Positions 9,234 to 19,776 of a stretch of DNA of 64,000 nt are shown here, one piece after another. Origin of the DNA: Longimicrobiales bacterium. GTDB lineage: Bacteria; Gemmatimonadota; Gemmatimonadetes; Longimicrobiales; Gaopeijiaceae. Position numbers and translations under genes: made by a program. The stretch is from positions 992,001-1,056,000 of the forward strand of contig OZ242008.1 of the NCBI GenBank assembly GCA_965204735.1, written 5' to 3'. The notes below the pieces were generated by a model, which saw only the letters and a program-made list of their open reading frames with translations, was not told the DNA's origin and searched no databases. Within the stretch, counting starts at the first letter, position 1. The number at the start of each line of letters is the position of its first letter.

Positions 9234-10916
9234 ATGGGATCGGCGGTCCTGGTCCTGGCCGCCTTGCCGCCGGCGGTGGGTTCCGCCCAGTCGGCGCCCG
9301 TGGACTCGTACTCCCGAGATGTCTTCCCCGGCCGCATTGCCGACGGCGCCGAACCGTTGCTGGTGAACGTCTCCGAGTTTGCCCGGGTCCCGGGCGTGGA
9401 CGGCGAGCCGGCGCGCCTCCAGCGCCTCGTGGACGTGCCGGGGGCAGGCCGCCTCTTCGTTGCGACCGACCGCGGGATGATCTACGCGGTCAGCTACGAC
9501 GGGGCCGACGTGTCGCTCTACCTGGACGTCGGGCGCGACGGAGCCGCGCTGCCTCCGAAGCTGGTGCTGTACGGACGTCGTCAAGGCTTCCTCGGCGGCG
9601 TCGCCTTCCACCCCCGCTTTGCCGACGAAGGCGCGCCGGGGTTCGGCAAGTTCTACACGCTGACCGAGGCGTCGGACAACGGGCCCTCGGCGGACTTCAG
9701 GCCGGGGCGCGGCAGCCGCGACGTGTTCGACACGGTCCTGCTGGAATGGACGGCGCGCGACCCGGCGGCGTGGAGCTACGACGGCGGTCCGGCGCGAGAG
9801 GTGATGCGGATCGAGCAGCCCTACGAGGAGCACAACGGCGGCGCCGTCGCCTTCCGGTCCGGCGCCGGCCCTTCGGCCCCCGACTACGGCCTTCTGTACA
9901 TGGGGCTCGGCGACGGCGGCGGCGAGGGCGACCCCCTCGGCTTGGCCCAGGACCTGAGCAAGGTCTACGGCAAGCTGCTGCGCATCGACCCCCTCGGGTC
10001 CAACAGCGCGAACGGACGGTACGGCGTTCCGGCGGACAACCCCTTTGCCGGAGACGGAAGGGAAGACGCCCTGGGCGAGATATGGGCCTACGGCCTGCGC
10101 AACCCCAGCAGCTTCGGATGGGACGCCTCGAACGGGAACCTGTACGTCGCGGACATCGGCGAGGCCGTCAGCGAAGAGATCAGCTTGGTGCGCGCGGGCG
10201 CCAACTTGGGCTGGAGCAGGTGGGAAGGCAGCTTCAGGGTGGTCAGGCGTCGGGGCTTGGCGCGTCGCCTGGCCCGGCTGTGGTCGTGGGCGATCCACTT
10301 TGCCGCGGGTGCCGACTTCCTGCGGGCCAATGGCCAGGACGTCGCGACGGCCGGGATGCGCGGTGCCGCGGGCGTGACGTACCCAGTCGTCGAGTACGGT
10401 CGCTACGACCCCATGTTCGCGGGCGCCGGCGTCGCGGTGACGGGGGTCGTCGTTTGCCGGGAGTGCGGCGTTGCGCAGCTGAACGGCAACGTGCTGTTCG
10501 GCGACCTGCCCAGCGGCGCGCTCATGTACTTCCCGGCCGACGGGCTGCCAAGGGGCGGTCCCGAGGCGCTCCGGCAGGTTCTCTTGGTCGAAGGCGCCGG
10601 CGACGCGGGCGCGGAAGGGGCCGGGAAGACGCTGCTGCAGCTCGTTCAGGAGGAGAGGGTTGCCCAGGGTCGTGCCTTCCCGGGTCGGCGAGTGGACCTG
10701 CGGTTCGCCACGAGCGCGTCCGGCGACGTCTTCCTCCTCAACAAGCGCGACGGGGTCGTCCGCCGCCTCGACGGACCTTCCCCCGGGCTCGACGGACCTT
10801 CCCCCGGGCTTGACGGACCTTCCCCCGGGCTCGACGGACTTTCTCCCCGTCCCGACGGACCTTCCCTCCGGCTCGACCCTTCGCCGCGGCTAGACCCTCC
10901 TGGACCGGGCCGATAG
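9234..10916 (+). CDS. PQQ-dependent sugar (glucose/sorbosone) dehydrogenase family beta-propeller, exported (start uncertain)
   Basis: Signal-like N-terminus; AFHPRF, HNGG, GLGDGG, GKLLRIDP, PADNPF, WAYGLRNP and GANLGW. Confidence 0.85.
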   Translation: MGSAVLVLAALPPAVGSAQSAPVDSYSRDVFPGRIADGAEPLLVNVSEFARVPGVDGEPARLQRLVDVPGAGRLFVATDRGMIYAVSYDGADVSLYLDVGRDGAALPPKLVLYGRRQGFLGGVAFHPRFADEGAPGFGKFYTLTEASDNGPSADFRPGRGSRDVFDTVLLEWTARDPAAWSYDGGPAREVMRIEQPYEEHNGGAVAFRSGAGPSAPDYGLLYMGLGDGGGEGDPLGLAQDLSKVYGKLLRIDPLGSNSANGRYGVPADNPFAGDGREDALGEIWAYGLRNPSSFGWDASNGNLYVADIGEAVSEEISLVRAGANLGWSRWEGSFRVVRRRGLARRLARLWSWAIHFAAGADFLRANGQDVATAGMRGAAGVTYPVVEYGRYDPMFAGAGVAVTGVVVCRECGVAQLNGNVLFGDLPSGALMYFPADGLPRGGPEALRQVLLVEGAGDAGAEGAGKTLLQLVQEERVAQGRAFPGRRVDLRFATSASGDVFLLNKRDGVVRRLDGPSPGLDGPSPGLDGPSPGLDGLSPRPDGPSLRLDPSPRLDPPGPGR

Positions 10917-12468
10917 AGCGGCGGAGAAGGCTCCTTCCCGTCATCTCGAGAGGCTTGGGCAAGCCCATGATCTCCAGGATCGTGGGCGCAACGTCGGCGA
11001 GCGTGCCGTTTCGGAGTCGGCGGGGCGAGGGGACTCCGTCGGGCTCGCAGAGGATCAGCCGCACCGGGAAGGTGGTGTGGGCGGTGAAGGGCCGGCCGTC
11101 GTCGTCCCGCATCTTCTCTGCGTTGCCGTGGTCGGCCGTGACCAGCGCCGTGCCGCCAAGCTCGGCGATCCGTTCCAGGACGCGGCCTACGCATCCGTCC
11201 ACCGTCTCCACGGCCGCGACGGCGGCGGGGACGCTCCCGGTGTGGCCCACCATGTCGGCGTTGGCGTAGTTGACCAGAACGAAGTCGTGGCCGCCCCGGT
11301 CCAGGCTCGCCAGCAGAGCTTCCGTCACTTCTGGAGCGCTCATCTCGGGCTGCAGGTCGTAGGTCGCCACGTCCGGCGACGGAACCATCGTCCGTTCCTC
11401 TCCCGGGAAGGGCTCCTCCACGCCGCCGTTGAAGAAGTAGGTGACGTGGGGGTACTTCTCCGTCTCGGCCGTCCGCAGCTGGGTTCGACCGGCCTGGGAA
11501 AGCGCCTCGCCCAGCACGTTCTCCAGGGGCCGGGGCGCGAAGAGGACCGGGTGCGGAAAGTCGTCCTCGTAGCGGGTCATCGCCGCGAAGTTGGCGCAGG
11601 GCGGCCGGCGCCGCGGGAAGCGCCGAAAGGAGTCGCCGGCCACCGCCGCCGTCAGCTGCCGCGCCCGGTCGGCCCGGAAGTTGAAGAAGATGAAGCCGTC
11701 TTCGGGGGCGACGCCCGGCGGGCGCGGGTCGGGCATGTGCGCGGGCGGGCGGATCACGGCGGGGGGGAGGAACTCGTCGCCGACTTCGTTCTCGTAGCAG
11801 CGTGCGACGTGTTCCGTCGGGCTGACGGCCCGGGGACCCGCGGCTTCGACGATGGCGCGGTAGGCCTGCTCGGTGCGCTCCCAGCGGCCGTCCCGGTCCA
11901 TGGCGTAGTAGCGGCCCGAGATCGTGACGATCCGGGCATCGCGTCGCTCGTCCGCCAGCCTCTGCGTTTCGGCCACCCAGCGGAGGCCGGAGACGGGGGG
12001 CGCGTCCCTTCCGTCCGTGATGCAGTGGATCCGGATCGGCAGGCCGGCCCCGTCCGCCCACTCCAGCAGCGCTTCCAGGTGGTCGATGTGGCTGTGGACG
12101 CCCCCGTCGGAGCACAGTCCGGCCAAGTGGACCGCGCCGCCGGAAGTGCGCAGGTCCGCCGCCATCTTGGCCAGCGCCGGGATGCGGGAGAACGACCCGT
12201 CCCGCGCCGCCTCCGAAATGCGCGTCGCGTCTTGGGGAACGACCCGGCCGGCGCCCAGGTTCAGGTGGCCGACCTCCGAGTTGCCCATCTGGCCGTCGGG
12301 AAGCCCCACGGCTAGGCCCGAGGTCTCCAGCAGGCACCACGGCCGCTCGGCCAGCAGCCGGTCTCTGACGGGCGTGCGGGCCATGGCGACGGCGTTCCCC
12401 TGGCGCTCGACCTGGGCCGGGTCCGACGCGCCGACGCCCCAGCCGTCGCAGACGACGAGGACGATCAC
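10738..12468 (-). CDS. gpmI: 2,3-bisphosphoglycerate-independent phosphoglycerate mutase
   Basis: [57 protein letters not shown] and TADHGNAE. The conserved end EMTGRSL is followed by a ~60-aa read-through tail. Confidence 0.96.
   Translation of the reverse strand: MIVLVVCDGWGVGASDPAQVERQGNAVAMARTPVRDRLLAERPWCLLETSGLAVGLPDGQMGNSEVGHLNLGAGRVVPQDATRISEAARDGSFSRIPALAKMAADLRTSGGAVHLAGLCSDGGVHSHIDHLEALLEWADGAGLPIRIHCITDGRDAPPVSGLRWVAETQRLADERRDARIVTISGRYYAMDRDGRWERTEQAYRAIVEAAGPRAVSPTEHVARCYENEVGDEFLPPAVIRPPAHMPDPRPPGVAPEDGFIFFNFRADRARQLTAAVAGDSFRRFPRRRPPCANFAAMTRYEDDFPHPVLFAPRPLENVLGEALSQAGRTQLRTAETEKYPHVTYFFNGGVEEPFPGEERTMVPSPDVATYDLQPEMSAPEVTEALLASLDRGGHDFVLVNYANADMVGHTGSVPAAVAAVETVDGCVGRVLERIAELGGTALVTADHGNAEKMRDDDGRPFTAHTTFPVRLILCEPDGVPSPRRLRNGTLADVAPTILEIMGLPKPLEMTGRSLLRRSIGPVQEGLAAAKGRAGGKVRRDGEKVRRARGKVRQARGKVRRARGKVRRGGGRPRRAC
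10767..10898. repeat. 21-nt tandem repeat (about 5 copies plus decayed units) in the convergent overlap of two genes
   Basis: CTCGACGGACCTTCCCCCGGG-like units at 10767, 10788, 10809, 10830 and 10851; encodes LDGPSPG on the + strand. Confidence 0.92.
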
Positions 12469-13901
12469 CGACCGCCACCGGCAACGCCGCCGGGACCGCC
12501 CGTCGCCCAGTACCCGCCCCGCTCGTGGTCGAAGACGATCTCGCGGCCCAGGGGCTCGTCGGCTGTCCGGCCGTTGGCGAACACCGTGCGGCCGCAGACC
12601 CAGGTCCGCACCGGCCAGCCCACGAGCCGCGTTCCGTGCCAGGGACTCCATCCGCACTTGGTGACCTGGTCCTCGTTCCGCACCTCTCGCGTCGCCGACA
12701 TGTCCACAAGCGCCAAGTCCGCGTCGCAGCCTTCCTCGATCCGCCCCTTGCCCACCATGTCCCAGACGCGGGCCGGAGCGTCGCACATCCACGCCGCCAA
12801 GTCGTTCAGGGTGCACCGACCGCGGTTGACCGCGTCCAGCATCAGGGGCAGCACGAGCTCCACCGCCGGGACGCCCGACGGCGACTCGGGGTACGGGACG
12901 CTCTTCTCTTCCAGGGTGTGAGGCGCGTGGTCGGTGGCGACGACCTGGAGGGCGCCGTCCTGCAGCCCGCGCCACAGGGCGGCCCGGTCCGACGCCTCCT
13001 TGAGCGACGGGTTCATCTGGGCCAGCGCACCCAGGCGCTCGTAGTCGGAGACGTCGAGGAAGAGGTGGTGGGGACAGGCCTCGGCGGTGACCAGACGGTC
13101 GGCGGGCTGCGGGCGGGCGTCCGCGTCCGAGCGAGGTCCGTCCGAGTCCGTGCCCCGGCCCAGCAGCGCCACTTCGTCGGCGGTCGAGACGTGCAGCACG
13201 TGGAGGCGGCGCCTGTGGCGTCGGGCCAAGTCGATTGCGCGACGCGTCGCCACGACGGCGGCGCGGCGGTCACGGATGCGGGAGTGGTCGCTCACCGTCA
13301 GCGCTCCGGCCGCCTCGATCCGCGCCCGGTTGGCCCGCACCGTGGTCTCGTCCTCGCAGTGGGCCGCGATCGGGAGGCGGGTCAGCGCGAAGATCTCCTC
13401 CAGGCGTTCCTGGTCGTCCACCAGCATGTCGCCCGTGCTCGACCCCATGAAGACCTTGATCCCCGGCGTTGCCGGCCCGGGGGCGCGGCCCGCCTTCCGC
13501 AGCTCGCTCAAGTTGCCCGTGGTCGCCCCGACGTAGAAGCCGTAGTTGACCACGCACTTGCGCCCGGCGAGCTCCAGCTTCGCCGCCAGCGCTTCCAACG
13601 TGACGGTCTGGGGCGCCGTGTTGGGCATCTCCAGGAAAGAAGTCACGCCTCCCGCCGCGCACGCCCTGCTTCCAGTGCGCAGGTCTTCCTTGTGGGTCAT
13701 CCCCGGGTCCCGGAAGTGCACTTGGTCGTCGACCACGCCGGGGAGCAGGTGGAGCCCGTCCGCGTTCACCGTCTCGTCGGCGCGGACCCCCGGGGGCGCG
13801 TCCACGGCGGCGATCCGTCCGTCCTCGATCAGCACGTCGGTCCGCGCCGTCTCGTCCGGCAAGACCACCTGGGCGCCCCGGATCAGCGTGCGGTGCTGCA
13901 T
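12465..13901 (-). CDS. pyrC: Dihydroorotase (amidohydrolase, multifunctional-complex type)
   Basis: [46 protein letters not shown] and KCGWSP. Confidence 0.88.
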   Translation of the reverse strand: MQHRTLIRGAQVVLPDETARTDVLIEDGRIAAVDAPPGVRADETVNADGLHLLPGVVDDQVHFRDPGMTHKEDLRTGSRACAAGGVTSFLEMPNTAPQTVTLEALAAKLELAGRKCVVNYGFYVGATTGNLSELRKAGRAPGPATPGIKVFMGSSTGDMLVDDQERLEEIFALTRLPIAAHCEDETTVRANRARIEAAGALTVSDHSRIRDRRAAVVATRRAIDLARRHRRRLHVLHVSTADEVALLGRGTDSDGPRSDADARPQPADRLVTAEACPHHLFLDVSDYERLGALAQMNPSLKEASDRAALWRGLQDGALQVVATDHAPHTLEEKSVPYPESPSGVPAVELVLPLMLDAVNRGRCTLNDLAAWMCDAPARVWDMVGKGRIEEGCDADLALVDMSATREVRNEDQVTKCGWSPWHGTRLVGWPVRTWVCGRTVFANGRTADEPLGREIVFDHERGGYWATGGPGGVAGGGR

Positions 13902-13983
13902 GGGGTCAGCCGAAAGTCGCGGGCCGGCCCAGTGCCCCGGGTCCGTCGAAGGTCGCAGGTCTGCCCGTCGCCGCAACCACGGA

Positions 13984-14574
13984 TCAGCTGAAGTAGGGGT
14001 TCTCTCCGCTCATGTGGTCGGTGACGTCGTGGATCGCCGTCACTTCCGGGACGGCCTGCGAAACCATCCGCTCCACGCCCTGGCGGAGGGTCATGCGGGA
14101 CATGGCGCAGCCCTGGCAACCGCCGGACATCTCGATGTAGACCTCAGTGTCCTGCACGTCCACCAAGTTGATGGCGCCGCCGTGGGCCGCCACCGCCGGG
14201 TTGATCTCCGTGTCCAGCACGTGGCGGACCCGGTCGGCCAGCTCGCCCTTCGGGCCCGTCGCGTCGATGGCCGCCTTCACGGCGTCGGGGTTCGGCGTGA
14301 TCTGGAACCCGCTCTCCTGAATCGTCTCGACGAAGTCCACGCTGGCGCCGTCCAGCCTTCCCGCGCTGGCTTCGTCCACGAGCACGGGAAACGCTCCGGC
14401 GCTGACCTCCACGTCCGACTCCTGCCGGCTCTCGGCCTCCACCAGCGTCAGCTCGTAGTTGGGGGCGAAGGGGCTCCCGTCCACGGCGATCCGCAGCGCC
14501 TGGGGGGCGTCCTCTTCCTGCTCCATGAACGACAGGACCATGTCCCGGGCCCGGTCGGTGAAGGTCAGCTTCAT
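13984..14574 (-). CDS. nfuA: Fe-S cluster carrier NfuA (degenerate A-type domain + NifU C-terminal domain)
   Basis: [18 protein letters not shown], and DVTDH..GENPYF C-terminus. Confidence 0.92.
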   Translation of the reverse strand: MKLTFTDRARDMVLSFMEQEEDAPQALRIAVDGSPFAPNYELTLVEAESRQESDVEVSAGAFPVLVDEASAGRLDGASVDFVETIQESGFQITPNPDAVKAAIDATGPKGELADRVRHVLDTEINPAVAAHGGAINLVDVQDTEVYIEMSGGCQGCAMSRMTLRQGVERMVSQAVPEVTAIHDVTDHMSGENPYFS

Positions 14575-14786
14575 TGGGTCGTCTCCAAGGTGGGGAAACC
14601 GTGGCCCAATATGGCGCGTTCGCGTCCCAAGGTCCACAAGGCGGGGCTCTGCGGGACGTTCGGCGACCGCCAGGCTGTGGCCGCCTGGGCAAGCCATCTT
14701 CGGGGGCCGACCAAGCAGGGACCTCGGACAGATTCTTGGCCAAATAGTGGGGGGAATTTGTCGCGGCCGCCCGGGCCGCCCCCGAC

Positions 14787-17700
14787 CTACTCCAGCAGGC
14801 CCTCCATGGCCGCAGAGGCTTCCCACTCCGCGTCGGAGCGGGCCGCTCCCCGCCGTTGGTCGCGGGAGAGCCACTTGGCGCGGCTTCCCGAAGCGGTGCG
14901 CTCGACCTCCAGCACGTGGTCGACCTGCTCGGCGACGGCGCGCACGTGGGAGATCACGCCGACCATGCGTCCCGTCTTCGCCACGGTTCCCAGCGCCTCG
15001 ACCGCGGCGTCCAGGTTGCTGCGGTCCAGGGAGCCGAACCCCTCGTCCAGGAAGAGCGACTCCAGCCGCCCGCCCGAGCGGGCCATCATCTCCACCATCC
15101 CCAGGGCCAGGGCCAGCGACGCGATGAACTGCTCGCCCCCCGAGAGGCTTGCCGGCGACCGCGGCTGGCCGGACTCGTCGTCGAGCACTTGCCACTGCAC
15201 TTCGTCGTTCTCGGGGTCCACGAACGAGTACTTGCCGCCGCTGATCTCGCCGAGCATTCCGGATGCATGGATCAGCAGGCTGCGCGAGCGTCGCAGGGTC
15301 AGCCACTTGAGGAAGGCGCCGGGCTTGAGGGCCTTGTCCAGGTCGCCGAGGGCGCGTTCCAGCTCGTCGGCCTCGTCGAGCAGGGCTCGGAGCGCGAGCA
15401 TGTCGTCCTTGATCGCGGCGAAGTCGTCGCGCCGGCGAGCGGTGGCGCGGGCGGCGTACTCGGCTTCTTGGGCGGCGGCGGCAGCAGCGCCCCGGACGTC
15501 CTCGGGGGCGACCGGGACTTCGTCGGGCGGGGCGTCCGCGGTTCCTGCTCCTGGCTCAAACAAGAGTTCCGCGTCGGAACGCTGGGCGACCAGACGGCGG
15601 CCCAGCTCCACCAAGGCGTCTACTGCAGTTCGCTCCGCCGCGGCCGCCTCCTTGACGCGGTCGCGAGCGGCTTCGACGACGGCCGACGTGAGGTCGCGCA
15701 GCTTCCTCATCCACTCCTGGTGCGCGGCCGGGTCCTTCGCCGAGGGCGCGCCTGGGAGGTGCGCGGCGCCCAGCAGGTCGCCCAAGGCCAGGGCGTCGAG
15801 GGCCCGGAGCACGGCGTCGCGGTGGGGGCCAAGGCTCCCAGCAATGGCGGAGAGGGGTTGATCGACTTCGGCCACCCGGCGTTGCGCAAGGGCCTCCCGT
15901 GCCTTGCCGGCTTCCTCCAGCTCCTGATTGAACCGACGCCGCTGCTGCTCCCGGTGCTCCAAGACGCGCTGGCGTTCCTGGGCGGCCGCAATGGGTCCGT
16001 CGGCCGCCGACAGATCGATCTTGCCCAGCTGTGCCGGGTCCGAAGGGATCTCCGCTCTCGGTCGGTACGCCGAGGGAGTCTCGTCCACGTTCCGGGCCAG
16101 CCGCTCCAGCGCGTTGGCGGCGGTGCGCCGGGCGGCCGCCGCCAGATCGTCGGCGCCCTTCGCCTCGGCTTCCGCCGTCGCGGCGTCGTTGGAGAGGCCC
16201 GCTCGCTCTTGCTCCAGGGTCTTGTGCGCGTCGTCGTGTCGAGCCAGCGCATCGGACGCCTTCTGGTGGGCGGCCGTCAGCGGGCGAAGCAGGGAATCCA
16301 GGGAAGGGAGGGGCGGCGCGGCGGTGGAGGCGTCGTTGTCGGAAGCGACGGAGGCGTCGGAAGCGTCGTCGCTGTCGGAGGCGTCGTTGCTGTCGGAGGC
16401 GTTGTCGGGGCCAGAGGCGTTGTCGGGGCCAGAGGCGTTGTCGGGGCCGGAGATGTCGTCGGCCGTTCCGGCGAAGAGGTCGGGGGACTCTTCCCCGAAG
16501 GCAACCGCGAATTCGGTCACGGCCGACCTGTACACTGCCGCAGCCTGCTCTGCACTGGCCTGCGCATCGCTCAGCTGCCTCTCCACGGACCGCAGCTCGG
16601 TACGCACTTGCGCGGCTTTCTGGCCCGACTCCTGGGCCTTGTCCCGAGCCTCGCGCGCAGCCGCCTCCGCTTCGGCGTGACCAGCGTCCTCGGGCGGCGA
16701 CCACTCCACCGGGAGACCGCGCCGACACACCGGGCAGTCGTCTCCTGGGCGGAGCCCGTGGGCGGCCGCCGCGGCCGAGTTGGCGCGGCGGGCGTCGGCC
16801 TCTCTCTCCTCCGCGCTGGCGGCGGCGGCCTTGGCGCTCTCGGCCTCCTCGGCGGCGTTCTCGACCTTGGCCGCCACTCCACCTTGCCGGTCCGCCAGTT
16901 CCGCGACCTTCTTCTGCGCCTCGCCGGCCCGGTCCTGCAACCCGTCGCACCTCTGATGCTCAAGGCGCGCCTCCTCGCAGAGGGCGCGGGCGGCCTCGTC
17001 GGCCTTGGCAAGGGGTTGGCGAAGCTGGGCATGGCGCTCCGCCTCCTTCGCCGCCTTTTCGACCGTTTCCTTCGCTCGGCCGGCAGCCTCGCGCCTGCTT
17101 TCTGCCACCGTCGCCTTCTGGCGCATCTCCTCAGCCGCCTCGACCGCCCCCGCCGCCAAGCCGTCAAAGCGGTTCAGCGCGGCCAGGGCCGTAGCGACCT
17201 CCGTCTGGTCCGGGCCGTCCTCCGACGGAATGCGGGCCAGCTCGTCGCGGAGGCCCGCCTGCTTCCGCTTCCACTCCTCGTCGGCCTTGTCGATTTCCCG
17301 CAAGCGCTCCGCGACGGGCGCAACCCGAGCTTCCTCCTCTTCGATCCGCGACAGGCCCGGTTCCACTCGGTCGATCTCGGCCGACGCTTGCTTCCCGTCC
17401 TTGACGGCTGCTTCCAGCGAGCCGAACGCCTCGGACGCCTCGTTCGCCAGCGCCGCCGCCTCGTCCGCCTTCCGACGGGCGGTCGCAGCCGCTTCGCTCA
17501 GCTGCGCCAAGTGCGCTTCCGGGTCCTCCGGGCAGTCGCTCGCCTTTTGCCCGAGCTGCGCCCGAATCTGCGCCACGTCGTGCAACGCCCCCGACGCAAG
17601 CTCGCCCACGGCCTCCAGGTCCTCGGTCGGCCAGAGCTGGCGAAGGACCTTGCTTCGGTCGGCGGGCCGGTCCTCCACCAGAAGCCTCGCGAAGCGGCCT

Positions 17701-18140
17701 TGCGGCAGGACGACGGTGCGCAGGAAGGCGTCGCTGTCGAGTCCGATCAGCTGTTCGACCCGCTCGTTGACCGGCCGCACTTGGTCCACGACCTCGAGCG
17801 GCTCGCCGTCCTTTCCCAGGTGCCGCAGCCGAGCCCCGGACGGCTTGACCTGGCCCTTGGCGTCCCGACGCAGCGTCCGCACCGCCTCCCACTCCTGACC
17901 CGACACCCGAAAGCGGAGCACGACCCGCATCTTGTCGGACCTGTCGTTCATCAGGTCCTGGTTCACATGCCCCGCGAAGCTGGTCTTGCCGTAGAGGGCG
18001 TAGGTCATCGCCTCCAGGATCGAGGACTTGCCGGCCCCGGTGTCGCCCACCACGGCGATCTGGTCCCGGTCGCCGAAGTCGATCTCGACCTGCTTGCGGA
18101 ACGACCGCAGCCCCTCGATGCCCAGCGACAGCGGACGCAC
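14787..18140 (-). CDS. sbcC: SbcC/Rad50-like SMC-family ATPase
   Basis: Walker A GDTGAGKSS, Q-loop LPQGRF, zinc hook CPVC, signature LSGGE, Walker B LFLDEGFGSLD and ISH. Confidence 0.92.
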   Translation of the reverse strand: MRPLSLGIEGLRSFRKQVEIDFGDRDQIAVVGDTGAGKSSILEAMTYALYGKTSFAGHVNQDLMNDRSDKMRVVLRFRVSGQEWEAVRTLRRDAKGQVKPSGARLRHLGKDGEPLEVVDQVRPVNERVEQLIGLDSDAFLRTVVLPQGRFARLLVEDRPADRSKVLRQLWPTEDLEAVGELASGALHDVAQIRAQLGQKASDCPEDPEAHLAQLSEAAATARRKADEAAALANEASEAFGSLEAAVKDGKQASAEIDRVEPGLSRIEEEEARVAPVAERLREIDKADEEWKRKQAGLRDELARIPSEDGPDQTEVATALAALNRFDGLAAGAVEAAEEMRQKATVAESRREAAGRAKETVEKAAKEAERHAQLRQPLAKADEAARALCEEARLEHQRCDGLQDRAGEAQKKVAELADRQGGVAAKVENAAEEAESAKAAAASAEEREADARRANSAAAAAHGLRPGDDCPVCRRGLPVEWSPPEDAGHAEAEAAAREARDKAQESGQKAAQVRTELRSVERQLSDAQASAEQAAAVYRSAVTEFAVAFGEESPDLFAGTADDISGPDNASGPDNASGPDNASDSNDASDSDDASDASVASDNDASTAAPPLPSLDSLLRPLTAAHQKASDALARHDDAHKTLEQERAGLSNDAATAEAEAKGADDLAAAARRTAANALERLARNVDETPSAYRPRAEIPSDPAQLGKIDLSAADGPIAAAQERQRVLEHREQQRRRFNQELEEAGKAREALAQRRVAEVDQPLSAIAGSLGPHRDAVLRALDALALGDLLGAAHLPGAPSAKDPAAHQEWMRKLRDLTSAVVEAARDRVKEAAAAERTAVDALVELGRRLVAQRSDAELLFEPGAGTADAPPDEVPVAPEDVRGAAAAAAQEAEYAARATARRRDDFAAIKDDMLALRALLDEADELERALGDLDKALKPGAFLKWLTLRRSRSLLIHASGMLGEISGGKYSFVDPENDEVQWQVLDDESGQPRSPASLSGGEQFIASLALALGMVEMMARSGGRLESLFLDEGFGSLDRSNLDAAVEALGTVAKTGRMVGVISHVRAVAEQVDHVLEVERTASGSRAKWLSRDQRRGAARSDAEWEASAAMEGLLE
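16340..16450. repeat. 18-nt tandem repeat expansion (SGPDNA/SDSNDA) inside the SbcC coiled coil
   Basis: GAGGCGTTGTCGGGGCC(A/G) at 16396, 16414 and 16432, plus degenerate units. Confidence 0.88.
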
Positions 18141-18144
18141 CGGG

Positions 18145-19464
18145 TCAGCCCTCCGCTCCCGGCAAACCGCTTGGGCTCCCGCCCGAGCCCGTCGCTCCGC
18201 CGGCGGCAACCCGTCGTCCCGTCGCAAGCGCCGCCAGCGTCTTCTCCGCCCGCGCCGCCAACTCGCCGACGCCGAAGTCGGCCCCCTCTTCCTGGCCGAC
18301 AGTTCCCAGCGCTTGGACGAAGAGGGCGCGCACCCGCTCGTCGGGCGCCGTGCGCTGTCCCTTGGTTGCCGCCGACTCCCGCCACTCCATGAACAAGTCT
18401 TCCGTCGGCGGTTCGGGGCCGTCGTCGCCCTCGGCCTCCGAGATGGACTTCGCGCGGCGGTTCGCGACGTCGTTCACCACGTTGAACACGGCGCACTCGG
18501 GCGACCACTCGGCCAGCTGGTCGGCAAGGTTGGGGATCGGCTCGTCCGACACGACGCGGGCCTTTAGGATGACCTCGTTCAGCCCCCCGTCCTGGGCCTC
18601 GTCCTCCAGCTCGTCCAGCGTGCCGACGAACTGCCGCAGAGGCCGGCCGACGGGCAGGCGGTGGGACTCGACCTGGACGCCGTCGTCGTCGATGCGGACT
18701 TCGACCGCCACCTTGGCCTGCTTGGTCTCTCCGAAGTCCAGCGGCACGAGGGAGCCGGCGTAGCGTCCCGTCGCCGTCCCGCCCGGCAGGAGCTGCGGGT
18801 CGTGGATGTGGCCGAAGGCGCAGTAGAGCGCCCGGTCCAGCCCGTCCGTGTGCGTGGCGTAGTCCTCGCCGACGGTCAGCCGTCGCTCCGAGGCGCCGGG
18901 CGTGGCCCCGTGAAGGTGCAGGTGCGCCGCGTAGAGAACGACGCCGTCGGGCCCCGCCGCCTGTTCCGCTTCGCCGAGGACCCGTCGGTTCACCGTCCTG
19001 ATGCCGTCGGCGTAGCTGCCCTCGAAGCGGGCGTGGTCGTCGGAAGCGTAGTCCACCACGGCCCCGACGGGGATGAACGGCACGCACGCCACCGCGACCG
19101 GCTGGTCGGCGATCTCCGGGTACTCAGCCACGGTCGGGTCGACGACCATCCGAAGGCGGTCCTGGCCGGCGGCGCCCGCGAGTTCGTTGATCACCTCGAA
19201 GAGCTCGCGAGAGTCGTGGTTGCCGCGCACCACGAGGACCGGCGCGACCTCCGCCAGCCGGTTCAGCGCTTGCACGCCCATGCGGAGCGCCTCGTAGGGC
19301 GGCCTGTAGGCGTCGAAGAGGTCGCCGGCGTGGACGATCAGGTCGGGCCGAACGTCCTGGGCGACGTCCAGCAGGCCCAGCAGTGCTTCGCGCTGGTCGC
19401 GCCCGCGTTCGTGGCGGCCCAGCCGGGCGCCCAGGTGCCAGTCGGACGTGTGGAGGAGGATCAC
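18145..19464 (-). CDS. sbcD: SbcD/Mre11-like metallophosphoesterase nuclease
   Basis: HTSDWHLG, AGDLFD, GNHDS, GHIH and YAGS...DFGE. Confidence 0.93.
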   Translation of the reverse strand: MILLHTSDWHLGARLGRHERGRDQREALLGLLDVAQDVRPDLIVHAGDLFDAYRPPYEALRMGVQALNRLAEVAPVLVVRGNHDSRELFEVINELAGAAGQDRLRMVVDPTVAEYPEIADQPVAVACVPFIPVGAVVDYASDDHARFEGSYADGIRTVNRRVLGEAEQAAGPDGVVLYAAHLHLHGATPGASERRLTVGEDYATHTDGLDRALYCAFGHIHDPQLLPGGTATGRYAGSLVPLDFGETKQAKVAVEVRIDDDGVQVESHRLPVGRPLRQFVGTLDELEDEAQDGGLNEVILKARVVSDEPIPNLADQLAEWSPECAVFNVVNDVANRRAKSISEAEGDDGPEPPTEDLFMEWRESAATKGQRTAPDERVRALFVQALGTVGQEEGADFGVGELAARAEKTLAALATGRRVAAGGATGSGGSPSGLPGAEG

Positions 19465-19524
19465 GCGACCAATCTACGGCCACGGGGCGGCGGGTCAAGC
19501 GACGAGGGGCCGACCCCCGGGCGT

Positions 19525-19612
19525 TTCTTGACTGGAAGCCGCAAGCAAAGTCCAGAATTCCCGTAAGTCCTTGTCTGACAGTCACTTGATTTCTTGACTG
19601 GTTCTTGACTGG
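19525..19612. promoter_or_regulatory. AT-richer divergent intergenic element with three TTCTTGACTGG direct repeats
   Basis: TTCTTGACTGG at 19525, 19591 and 19602; overlapping short palindromes TGTC-T-GACA (19572) and TGAC-A-GTCA (19576). Confidence 0.5.
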
Positions 19613-19776
19613 GACGCTTGGCAGGACCCCGGGGGGAGGCGTGGGCAGGGCCACCCGCGGGCGGCGGGGGCCTTCTTGCGAATCCAGCGGAAGCCGTCGT
19701 ACCCTGCGTCACGAGCCCGAACCTCGACCGGGGCCGTCCAGGCTCTGGGGCAGGGGACCCCGAACAGGACGCCGCC

